From assembly GCA_016292335.1 (NCBI GenBank), contig JAECRX010000053.1, positions 1 to 36,767 on the forward strand: a stretch of DNA of 36,767 nt. Reading direction: 5' to 3'. The DNA is from Candidatus Sifarchaeum subterraneum. GTDB lineage: Archaea; Asgardarchaeota; Sifarchaeia; Sifarchaeales; Sifarchaeaceae. A program made the position numbers and the translations under genes. Of the stretch, positions 18,505 through 26,785 are shown in pieces (the first letter of the stretch is position 1; every line of letters starts with the position of its first letter). A model generated the notes under the pieces. It did no database searches. It was not told where the DNA came from and was given only the letters and a program-made list of their open reading frames with translations.

Positions 18505-19437
18505 ATGTATGCACAATTAGAGACCGCAAATCTTTTACCTGATGACTCAGATAGTTTCCGTGTGGTGGAGGATGGTCATAAATTCAAAAACGAAAGAAAG
18601 AATCATAAGAAGAAAAGAAAAATTAAGAAAATTATTTCTTACTTAAAAAGATTATACCATCCAGAATTTGAACTAAATGGTTTCAGAGTTAATAAAAAAT
18701 TCATAATTTTTGAAAAACCTGGTAAAATAAGGGCTCTTTCCTTTATTGGAATTTATATTCACAGAAATGAGATTTGGAAAATATTAGATATATTAAAAAT
18801 AATTATTGAACAATCAGAACACATTGAATTATCGTTAGAACTCTGCAATGATAATGATAGAATTTTTATTTCTTGCACAGAAGAAGGTGAATACTTAATT
18901 GAAGAAGACAAAAATGACATCTTGAACACTCTTAATAAAAATCTTAACAAAATTCTCTTACATTTATCCAATTTACCTAACAAAGTCATAGTTTTTTCTG
19001 GAGAAGATTTATTCCATGTTTGGAAGAAACTTCTAGGCGGTAATATTAAAGTCGTTGGCCTTACTGATCCTTCCATGGTTAAACTCTTTAATCAGAAAGA
19101 AGAAAAGCAATATATGCTAGTCTTCAGATTAAATACAAATCATGATGTAATAGACATCTTTGAAGATGATTTTAATTCGAATAAATACATACAGATCCTA
19201 TTCAAAAAAAATGCAGACAAACTTTTTTTTACTATTTATCTTTTATTTCGTGATAACGCCCCTTCCCTTTTATTTGATTGTTTGAGAAAAAAAAGTAATG
19301 ATCTTTTTTTTTCAACTGTTGGAAAAAAGAGGACTGTCGTTCGAACTCTCCGAGAAATACTGTTGCGTTCTTTCATACCATTAGAGTGTAATCTTCGCCC
19401 TATGACCGATTCTACCAGAAAAAGTGAAGTAAAATAG
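18505..19437 (+). CDS. Hypothetical protein (~310 aa), no recognisable domain
   Basis: Long AT-rich ORF. The ATG lies ~20 nt downstream of CTATAAATATGG (18479-18490), suggesting a short-leader or leaderless mRNA. K-rich stretch KNHKKKRKIKK near the N-terminus. Confidence 0.6.
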   Translation: MYAQLETANLLPDDSDSFRVVEDGHKFKNERKNHKKKRKIKKIISYLKRLYHPEFELNGFRVNKKFIIFEKPGKIRALSFIGIYIHRNEIWKILDILKIIIEQSEHIELSLELCNDNDRIFISCTEEGEYLIEEDKNDILNTLNKNLNKILLHLSNLPNKVIVFSGEDLFHVWKKLLGGNIKVVGLTDPSMVKLFNQKEEKQYMLVFRLNTNHDVIDIFEDDFNSNKYIQILFKKNADKLFFTIYLLFRDNAPSLLFDCLRKKSNDLFFSTVGKKRTVVRTLREILLRSFIPLECNLRPMTDSTRKSEVK

Positions 19438-19712
19438 CAATTAATTTACTTTACTTACAGCTAAGTCACTCTCCTTTGATATTTAAATAAATATTACAGT
19501 TTAATCAGTTGGTATGGAGTGATTTCGATCTGATAGACAATTTTAGCGAGAAATAGTAGGCAACTACCCCGCGATGAATCGCGGAGATTGTAATGTGAGT
19601 GATCATAAAGTGAAAGTTGACTAGGATCACTCTACGATGGTACGCATTCTTGGATGCTTCGCTATTCCTCTTCTTGATGACCCAAGCAGTTTCCTTCAAA
19701 TGAGGGAGGTTT
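19438..19712. promoter_or_regulatory. Repeat-rich region upstream of orc1/cdc6 (candidate origin or operator region)
   Basis: AT-rich tract 19475-19506. Perfect 7-2-7 palindrome CCGCGAT-ga-ATCGCGG (19569-19584). 8-bp inverted repeat GAGTGATC (19597-19604) / GATCACTC (19625-19632). TCACTCT at 19466-19472 and 19627-19633; GGAGTGAT at 19516-19523. Confidence 0.3.
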
Positions 19713-20930
19713 ATGAAAACTAAAAAAAATGTAATTGAAGAAGTATTACGAAAATCCTCTGTTTTTAAGGAAGAAGATAAACTTTCAATTGATTATATAC
19801 CTCCTTATCTACCACACCGAGAAGAAGATCTAAAAAAACTTTCACAATATTTTAGAAGGATTATAGAAAAACCAGGAAGCATTAGTCAGAGAGTCATGAT
19901 CACGGGAGGTGTTGGAACAGGGAAAACAGCTATCTCAAAGCTTTTCGGAAAATTAATGGAAGATGCAGCCATAAAAAGAAACATAAATTTGCATTATTTG
20001 CACATCAATTGCCGAAAAGCCAAAACAAACTCAATGATTCTTAAATACATCATTAGAAAATTCAATCCAAGAATACCCGAGCGAGGGTTTTCAAAAGAAG
20101 AACTTCTATTTATGTTTGAAGAAATTATAAAGACTAGGGATGCGTATTTAATTATTGCACTTGATGAACTTGACTTTTTACTCAAAAAAAGTGGATCTGA
20201 CATAATATATGACCTCACGAGATTGGGAGATGAGAAATTAAATTGTCCGCAAAGACTTTCTCTCATAGTAATAGTACGAGATACAGCTTTTAGATCGGGA
20301 GTGGATTTAAGCACATTAAGCACTCTCCAGCATAATATCATAAATCTAGAAAAATACACGACCTATCAATTAAAAGAAATCCTCAGATATCGAATAAAAG
20401 AGGCATTTTATGAGAATACAGCTTCAGAAGAAGCCGTTAATCTGATTGCTGATATCTCCGCAGAATGGGGGGACGCAAGATATGCAATTGAGCTTTTATG
20501 GAGAGCAGGAAAATATGTAGATATGGAACAGCAATTCATTATTCATCCCGAACATGTTCGAAAGGCAAAAGCGGACACACATCCATCCGTGAGGCGTGAA
20601 ATACTCCGTGATATTTCGCTGCATCATAATCTATTACTGTTAGCAATATCTCGGCAATTAAGAATTAGTCAAGCAGCATACGCTACGATGGGAGAAACAA
20701 AAGAAAAATACAATATTATTTGTGAAGAATACGGAGAAAAACCTAAAAAACACACACAAATATGGGAATATATCCAGGACCTTGAAAATTACACTATAAT
20801 TAGTACCAAGATTTCTGGATCGGGGGTTAGAGGTAAAACAACTTTAATTGGATTACCAGATGTTCCAACTTCTGTTCTTGAGCAAGAAATAATTGAATTC
20901 TTAGAGGAAAAAAAATATGACTATGAGTGA
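19713..20930 (+). CDS. cdc6: Orc1/Cdc6 replication initiator (AAA+ plus C-terminal winged helix)
   Basis: Walker A ITGGVGTGKTAI, Walker B LIIALDELDF, sensor region VIVRD, and the typical N-terminal L..DYIPP.LPHREE.L..L. ATG preceded by GAGGGAGG. Confidence 0.92.
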   Translation: MKTKKNVIEEVLRKSSVFKEEDKLSIDYIPPYLPHREEDLKKLSQYFRRIIEKPGSISQRVMITGGVGTGKTAISKLFGKLMEDAAIKRNINLHYLHINCRKAKTNSMILKYIIRKFNPRIPERGFSKEELLFMFEEIIKTRDAYLIIALDELDFLLKKSGSDIIYDLTRLGDEKLNCPQRLSLIVIVRDTAFRSGVDLSTLSTLQHNIINLEKYTTYQLKEILRYRIKEAFYENTASEEAVNLIADISAEWGDARYAIELLWRAGKYVDMEQQFIIHPEHVRKAKADTHPSVRREILRDISLHHNLLLLAISRQLRISQAAYATMGETKEKYNIICEEYGEKPKKHTQIWEYIQDLENYTIISTKISGSGVRGKTTLIGLPDVPTSVLEQEIIEFLEEKKYDYE

Positions 20931-21261
20931 TAAAATACACAAAAAATCAGATAAAATGGACATTATAATGGATTTAGAGGGGAAAATAAAGACCCGAAAA
21001 AAAAATATTGAAGATATTCTCTCTTCAAAAGGTAAAGTGAAAATTTTAAAGGTTCTTGCCCAAATGGGAGAACTAAACATTTCAGGAATTGCAAAGAGAT
21101 CAGGATTAAATCACAGCACTGCCAGGCAACATTTAAAATTCTTAGAAGAAGCAGGAATTGTTCAGGAAAAAGTTTTTGGAAGAATTCGAATTTATAGATA
21201 TAAAAGTGAGAATTTTAGGGCTAGAGCACTAAAGAAGCTGTTTGATTTATGGGAAGCTTAA
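20917..21261 (+). CDS. ArsR-type winged helix-turn-helix protein, overlapping the cdc6 stop by 14 nt
   Basis: KVKILKVLAQMGELNISGIAKRSGLNHSTARQHLKFLEEAGIVQEKVFGRIRIYRY is a canonical ArsR/SmtB-like HTH plus wing. Confidence 0.75.
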   Translation: MTMSDKIHKKSDKMDIIMDLEGKIKTRKKNIEDILSSKGKVKILKVLAQMGELNISGIAKRSGLNHSTARQHLKFLEEAGIVQEKVFGRIRIYRYKSENFRARALKKLFDLWEA

Positions 21262-21394
21262 ATTTGGTAATTAAGCTCGCGATCAAGAGTCAGAACGCTA
21301 AAAAATCTCTGTATACTGAATTAATTGAGTTAATAATCACTTAACTGTCAATAACCGCGCGAAAGTATGTTAAGAAAGTTCTATACTAATTTTC

Positions 21395-23188
21395 CTACTG
21401 ATGTTCCCTTTTTGTTATATAATAAAATTCTCCTATCTCTTTTTGCTCTCTGTCCAATCTTGAATTGAGTTTATTTACTCTAGGCCGTCCAGATTTTAAA
21501 TCTCTTCTAAATGTTACATTCATACTCTTTAGAAAATTATTCATCCCGTTTCTAAGATCAATAGGCGGATAGACGCGGCCTTCTATTCCGGGTTTTCCCT
21601 CAAAGACCATTAAACTATCTGAAATAAAGTCTTGAGCAACTATATCATGTTCGACAACAAACGCAGCTGCCTTTCTTGTTTCGATTATCTTTTTGATTGT
21701 TCTTGCTACTTCAAGTCTCTGTTCGATGTCAAGATAGGCACTTGGTTCATCAAGTAAATACAAATCTGCCTGCCTTCCGAGACAAAGCCCAATGCTGACA
21801 CGTTGAAGTTCTCCACCGGATAAAGTATCCACCTGTTGGTCAAATAATTTATCTAAGCCTAATGGGCGGATTACATCCGATTTAAACCAGCTAGCTCTAA
21901 AAACTCTTCCAATAGTCTTTAGGAATAACATCCTGACATTACCTTCAAAACTTGGAGATATATACTGAGGTTTATAACTTACTTTTATGTCATTATTTTG
22001 AATTTCTTCCTCATCCGGTTCAATTAAACCTGCCAATATCTTCACAAAAGTTGTTTTTCCGATTCCATTAGGCCCTAAGATTCCAATAACTTCTCCTCTA
22101 TGTATTTCTCCACCATTCACTTCCAAAGAGAAACCATCAAATGATTTATTCATCTTTCCAAATTCTATAATAACTTCTTCACTTGCCCAATCACTTGGGG
22201 TAGGAAGAGCATGAAATGTTATGCTTTCTGGTCTGAACCTCATATTTTCATCAGGAAGAAATCCATCAAGGTATATGTTGATGCCTTCTCTCACACTATG
22301 AGGATGGGAAATAATTCCATAAACACCTGGAACTCCATAAAATATACACACATGATCGGATAGATAATCAAGAATAGCAAGATCATGCTCAACGCAAACT
22401 ACTGTTTTTTCTTCTTTAACCAAGTTCCGAATAACTTTTGCCACTTTCAGTCTTTGATAAATATCTAAATAGCTGGAAGGTTCATCAAATAAATAAATAT
22501 CCGCATCTCTCGCCACTACAGCAGTGATGGCCACTCTTTGAAGTTCTCCACCAGAAAGCACATTTAAAGCTCTATCCAAAACTTCATTCAACTCTAGAAT
22601 ATCTACAAGATCTTTTGCTAATCCTCTTTCATCAACTTTGTCTAGAAGATCTTCTACAACGCCTTTTGCAATTTTTGGAATCTTATCAACATATTGTGGT
22701 TTATGAACCACTTTTAGCTCCTCTTGAGCCATTCTTTCAAAAAAGGGTTGAAGACCTGATCCCCGAAAAAACCTGATGATCTCTGACCAATCAGGAGGAG
22801 ATTCAAAGTTTCCTAAATTTGGTTGTATCCTGCCGGCTAAAATTTCGAGTGCAGTTGTTTTTCCAGTTCCATTTTGCCCAATTAAGCCAGTTACAACTCC
22901 TGGCTTTGGTATCGGCAGGCGGAAAAGTTTAAAAGAATTGAAACTGAATTGATGAGAAACATCTTTATCCAGTTCTTCAGGGAGATTTTCTATATGGATG
23001 GCGGTATAGGGGCACTTTTTGATGCAGATGCCACAGCCTGAACAGATGTTTTCAACAATTCTAGGATAAATAGAATCCTCAAAAGTGACAGTTTCATCAC
23101 CAGCTCTAACACGTGGGCAAAATCTTTGACACTCATGAGTGCAATCCTTTGGCTTACATCTATCTCTGTCTAAGACTGCAATCCGCAT
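21395..23188 (-). CDS. abce1: ABCE1 / RNase L inhibitor (ribosome recycling ATPase)
   Basis: N-terminal 4Fe-4S cluster cysteines (CKPKDCTHECQRFCP; CSGCGICIKKCP) and two ABC cassettes (GQNGTGKTT ... LSGGELQR ... LFDEPSSYLD; GPNGIGKTT ... LSGGELQR ... LLDEPSAYLD). Confidence 0.95.
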   Translation of the reverse strand: MRIAVLDRDRCKPKDCTHECQRFCPRVRAGDETVTFEDSIYPRIVENICSGCGICIKKCPYTAIHIENLPEELDKDVSHQFSFNSFKLFRLPIPKPGVVTGLIGQNGTGKTTALEILAGRIQPNLGNFESPPDWSEIIRFFRGSGLQPFFERMAQEELKVVHKPQYVDKIPKIAKGVVEDLLDKVDERGLAKDLVDILELNEVLDRALNVLSGGELQRVAITAVVARDADIYLFDEPSSYLDIYQRLKVAKVIRNLVKEEKTVVCVEHDLAILDYLSDHVCIFYGVPGVYGIISHPHSVREGINIYLDGFLPDENMRFRPESITFHALPTPSDWASEEVIIEFGKMNKSFDGFSLEVNGGEIHRGEVIGILGPNGIGKTTFVKILAGLIEPDEEEIQNNDIKVSYKPQYISPSFEGNVRMLFLKTIGRVFRASWFKSDVIRPLGLDKLFDQQVDTLSGGELQRVSIGLCLGRQADLYLLDEPSAYLDIEQRLEVARTIKKIIETRKAAAFVVEHDIVAQDFISDSLMVFEGKPGIEGRVYPPIDLRNGMNNFLKSMNVTFRRDLKSGRPRVNKLNSRLDREQKEIGEFYYITKREHQ

Positions 23189-23533
23189 CTATTCTTCACC
23201 ATTCAAGCACATATCTTCATGAGACTAAAAAAAGCAAGATATAAATTAGTGTTCCCCCATGTCAACCTTTAACTTAGAAATTTAAAAATTTTAAGTCTTG
23301 AACATTTGATCAATTAAGTAGAAAAATTCTCCTTTTCTCTGTAGAGGTTTGCAACTTCCTCTCCACTTTATTATTGAGATAGATAGTTTCAATTTGTTTT
23401 TTCCCTTTTCTTACCCTAATCATTAACGCTGGACAATTGAGGGTTGAACAGTTATAGTTTAAAATTGGGATTTTTAAATGATAGAAAAACAGATAAAGTA
23501 AAAATTAATAGAGTCTTTCTGCTTCTGTTACCC

Positions 23534-23689
23534 TTATTTTGGCTTTTTCATTCTCACTAATTCGGCAGTTAACAGTAAAATTGCACTAATCAGGCCTGGG
23601 TCTTTTTTCGCTAAATCTTCTGCCTCTCTTATTAGAAGCTGAGCCAATGCTTTCCATTTTGAAAGAATGTCAATATATTCTGTTGCCAT
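23534..23689 (-). CDS. Small ORF (51 aa) absent from the supplied track
   Basis: ATG 23689 is preceded at ~10 nt by AAGAGGAGGT. It encodes MATEYIDILSKWKALAQLLIREAEDLAKKDPGLISAILLTAELVRMKKPK (predicted helical) and stops with TAA at 23534-23536. Confidence 0.4.
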   Translation of the reverse strand: MATEYIDILSKWKALAQLLIREAEDLAKKDPGLISAILLLTAELVRMKKPK

Positions 23690-23766
23690 GTTTAATTAAT
23701 ACCTCCTCTTGTTAATTTTCAACTTTTTTTTTAATGCTTTTTCTCTTATAAAACACATCAAGAGGT

Positions 23767-24303
23767 TTAGGATCTGAGTTTTGTTAGAACAAATCCGATA
23801 ATAATTCCACAAATCGGCAAAATATAAACTCCCAGGAAAATTGGAAGGGTGGCTTCTATTGTTCCCTCTGGTGGTTTCCAAGTTTTCTCTCTGACTCTTA
23901 TTTCCACCTCGTTGGATTCAACTACTTCCCCTTTTGCATATGTAACATTCGCTTTCTCAAGTGTGAATTTCCCCTTTTCTTTTGCCAACAAACGATACTC
24001 ATGGATAAGAGATTCATGACCTTCTAGAACGGTCCAATTAGCAGTTAATGATCCGTTTACTAAATCGAATTCGGCTGGTTTAGAGTCTTTTAAGATCAAG
24101 TTGTGTATAGCGTCTTCTCCATTGTTTTCGATGATAATCGAAACAATTAGTTCATCTTCAACATGAATTTCAATTTCACTAGTAATCTTTGTTAAGTTAA
24201 TTGAAGAATGTCCTTTTCCAATGAGTGTCTTAGCAGGAGTAGTGAAATTAACTATAAGTAGCAGTAAAAACATCAAAATAAAAAGAAACAATGGTCTCTT
24301 CAT
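23767..24303 (-). CDS. Secreted / C-terminally anchored surface protein (DUF11/CARDB-like beta domain)
   Basis: Signal-peptide-like MKRPLFLFILMFLLLLIVNFTTPA. Beta-rich core (IIENNGEDAIHNLILKDSKPAEFDLVNGSL...YRLLAKEKGKFTLEKANVTYA). C-terminal TM helix LPIFLGVYILPICGIIIGFVL followed by TKLRS. ATG 24303 chosen over the longer ORF. Confidence 0.6.
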   Translation of the reverse strand: MKRPLFLFILMFLLLLIVNFTTPAKTLIGKGHSSINLTKITSEIEIHVEDELIVSIIIENNGEDAIHNLILKDSKPAEFDLVNGSLTANWTVLEGHESLIHEYRLLAKEKGKFTLEKANVTYAKGEVVESNEVEIRVREKTWKPPEGTIEATLPIFLGVYILPICGIIIGFVLTKLRS

Positions 24304-24493
24304 GTTCACCACTTTTATCTTCGAGTTGACTTTTAAACTGAATTCCATATGAAATGTGATCTTGATTGTGTAGGGAAGCATCTTTACCTATAGAGGTTTC
24401 ACATTTTGTGGGATTTTGATAAAAAAATAGGTTGATTTATTTAAATTTGATTCTTTTTGTGTATGAAGTACTGGGAAATAAATCAAGAAGCTG

Positions 24494-24639
24494 TGGCGCC
24501 GCCGGACGGACTCGAACCGTTTCAGCAGTTGAAGGAAGGATCCGTCAACCTCGACCAACGGGTGCCTGCTGTGGCCAAATCAAATATTAACAGCCCGTCG
24601 CTTTAGGTGTTCTCGCGCTACCTACTGAGCTACGGCGGC
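24494..24639 (-). tRNA. tRNA-Asn (anticodon GUU) with three introns and encoded CCA
   Basis: The spliced product folds as GCCGCCG-TA-GCTC-AGTAGGTA-GAGC-G-ACGGG-CTGTTAA-CCCGT-TGGTC-GACGG-TTCGAGT-CCGTC-CGGCGGC-G-CCA (76 nt). Introns in genome coordinates: 24603-24617 (15 nt, D-arm), 24564-24587 (24 nt, canonical 37/38) and 24521-24551 (31 nt, variable/T-stem junction). Lengths sum exactly: 146 = 76 + 70. Confidence 0.85.
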
Positions 24640-24689
24640 ATAGCATTAAGCTTTTGAAAAAATACAGTTTTAAGATTTTTTTGGTCTAT

Positions 24690-24795
24690 ACAAGCGAACT
24701 ACTCGATAGCAGGACAGCAAGCTTCCTGCATCACCGTCGGTGAACTCAGACAGGCCTCACGTCCCGTGGTTCCTGCAGTAGGGTAGATCAACCGA
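24690..24795. ncRNA. GC-rich, hairpin-dense ~100-nt block of unknown nature between the tRNA and repeat copy B
   Basis: GCAGGA...TCCTGC, CACCG-T-CGGTG, CACG-TCC-CGTG and CTGCA...TGCAG pairings are visible. G+C is far above the surroundings. No ORF and no motif of a known RNA family recognised. Confidence 0.25.
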
Positions 24796-24810
24796 AAAGA
24801 TTTAGATGAT

Positions 24811-24889
24811 GAACGTTTAAAAACGTTACTGAAAAACGCGATTCAACACACATACAAGCCGATATGTCTCCTCGCTCGATATTTATAAA
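24811..24889. repeat. Copy B of the 79-nt intergenic element
   Basis: 61/79 identity, ungapped, to 7362-7440, with weaker similarity extending ~25 nt further upstream. Confidence 0.65.
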
Positions 24890-25135
24890 TCTATTTAATC
24901 AAGATAGATTATCAGTAAAAACATTTTTAGGTTTCTATCTATAATTTTTAGTACGAAAATATTATTGTCTTAATTACCTTTTTATATGAAGTACACATTG
25001 TTCTACAGAACAGAATAATTTACTTTAGTGAACAGAATCTCAATTTTAATATGTTCGATTTTTAGAATCAGTTTTTTAAAAAAGAATAAAAAATATACAC
25101 CCATCCAGTTTCTCTTAGGAAAGGAGAATCATCAT

Positions 25136-25933
25136 ATGAAAGATAAATGGGATAAAATTAAAAAGCTCAAAAAAATTGATGAGAATCTTGACAAGATGAG
25201 GATTAAAGAGAAGAGAAGTGAAGATTTTAGTGTAGTTGAGTCCGTCTTTGATAAATCAACGTTGATGACACTGTATTCCCTCCATCGGATTATTGATACT
25301 CTTCATGGGGTTGTCAGCACTGGAAAAGAAGCAAATGTTTATCACGCCTTAGATCATGAAGGAAAGGAACTTGCCGTAAAAATTTACAGAACAGTTAGTT
25401 CTGAGTTTGTAAAAAAGGGAATGTTGCCTTATATTCATGGAGATCCTCGATTCAAAAGAGTTCGTCACGATACTCGATCTCTTATATTCTCATGGGCAGA
25501 GAAAGAATTTAAGAATTTAAGTTTGGCGAAATCCGTTGGTGTCAGAGTCCCAGAGCCAATTATAGTTAGAAAAAACATTCTTATCATGGAATTTATTGGA
25601 GAAGATGGTATAGCTGCACCAAGGTTAAAAGATGTTATTCCTGATGATCCCAACTCCGTTTTCAAAATTATTTTTGACGCAATGATTGTTTTATTTCAAA
25701 AAGCAAATTTGATACATGCCGATTTGAGCGAATACAATATTCTTATGTGGGACGAACCAGTTATTATTGACATATCGCAGGCTGTTTTAAAAGAACATCC
25801 GATGGCTTTGAAATTCCTTTATAGAGATTTGCGAAATATAATCAGGTTCTTTTCTCTTCTTGGTGTGAATTGTCCCTCTGTTGAAAAATCTTATTATGAA
25901 ATCACTGGGGAGGAGCCTATATATGAGTATTGA
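25136..25933 (+). CDS. rio1: Rio1-type atypical serine protein kinase
   Basis: STGKEANVYHA, LAVKIYR, IHADLSEYNIL and IDISQAV motifs. ATG 25136 is preceded by AGGAGA; the track ORF starts at an upstream GTG (25028). Confidence 0.9.
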   Translation: MKDKWDKIKKLKKIDENLDKMRIKEKRSEDFSVVESVFDKSTLMTLYSLHRIIDTLHGVVSTGKEANVYHALDHEGKELAVKIYRTVSSEFVKKGMLPYIHGDPRFKRVRHDTRSLIFSWAEKEFKNLSLAKSVGVRVPEPIIVRKNILIMEFIGEDGIAAPRLKDVIPDDPNSVFKIIFDAMIVLFQKANLIHADLSEYNILMWDEPVIIDISQAVLKEHPMALKFLYRDLRNIIRFFSLLGVNCPSVEKSYYEITGEEPIYEY

Positions 25934-26516
25934 TTCGAAATATGGATTCATGGCGTGTAAAATTCCTTTAAAAAGGATTGGTGTAGTCATCGGTAAAGAT
26001 GGACAAGTTAAAGACATTATTGAAAAAAATACCCAAACCAGAATTGAGATTGATAGCAAAAATGGAAGCGTAACTATTTATTCGACAAAAAACACTGCGG
26101 ACCCCTTATCTGTTTGGAAAGCAAGAGATATAGTTCTAGCCATTGGGAGAGGGTTTTCCCCTGAAAGAGCTTTCAGACTTTTTGATGAAGATGAAATGCT
26201 GGAAATAATTGATTTAAACTCATTTATTGAACGATCTAGAAAATCATTAAAAAGGATTAAGGGACGTCTCATCGGTGAAAGAGGCAAATCTAGACGTTTA
26301 ATTGAAGAAATGACCAGCACTTACGTGAGTGTTTTTGGACATACTGTAGGCCTCATCGGAACAATAAATCAATTACAAGTCGCAAGAGAAGCAATTAAAA
26401 TGTTGATTACTGGGGCTCCTCATAGTACCGTTTACAAATTCCTGAATAGAAAAAGAATAGAACTTAAAAAGGCGGAGCTTGAGATTTGGAAACCCATTAA
26501 ATTTACAGAATCCTAA
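25923..26516 (+). CDS. KH-domain RNA-binding protein (archaeal Dim2/Pno1-like)
   Basis: Two KH-like modules (IGVVIGKDGQVKDIIE...; IKGRLIGERGKSRRLIEE...). ATG 25923 is preceded by GGAGG and overlaps the rio1 stop by 11 nt. Rio1 followed by a KH protein is a common archaeal gene pair. Confidence 0.8.
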   Translation: MSIDSKYGFMACKIPLKRIGVVIGKDGQVKDIIEKNTQTRIEIDSKNGSVTIYSTKNTADPLSVWKARDIVLAIGRGFSPERAFRLFDEDEMLEIIDLNSFIERSRKSLKRIKGRLIGERGKSRRLIEEMTSTYVSVFGHTVGLIGTINQLQVAREAIKMLITGAPHSTVYKFLNRKRIELKKAELEIWKPIKFTES

Positions 26517-26785
26517 AGATCACTTTCTAAAGTCTTTAAAGGAAATTTTTGTTTTCATTTGCGTATTTGCTTGAATAATCAAAAAGGCGAAATCTTTGGA
26601 AAGAAAAAATGTGTAAAAAGATATTTATAACCTGAAAGCCTATTCAATCCCGCAAAATACTGTTTATGGAAATTATAGTAAGTCATCAGGCAAGGTAATA
26701 TATCCTCGGGATCTGAAAGTTATATTTTCCAGTTTTTAAGATGAAAAAATTTTCTCTCAGTTACGAAATTTGAAATCACGTTAAT

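Noticed and set aside
24806-24832. C/D-box sRNA reading of ATGATGA (24806-24812) ... CTGA (24829-24832) inside repeat copy B
   Set aside because: The homologous copy A has ATGGAAG instead of a C box. The spacing of 16 nt is atypical, and there is no second C'/D pair or terminal stem.
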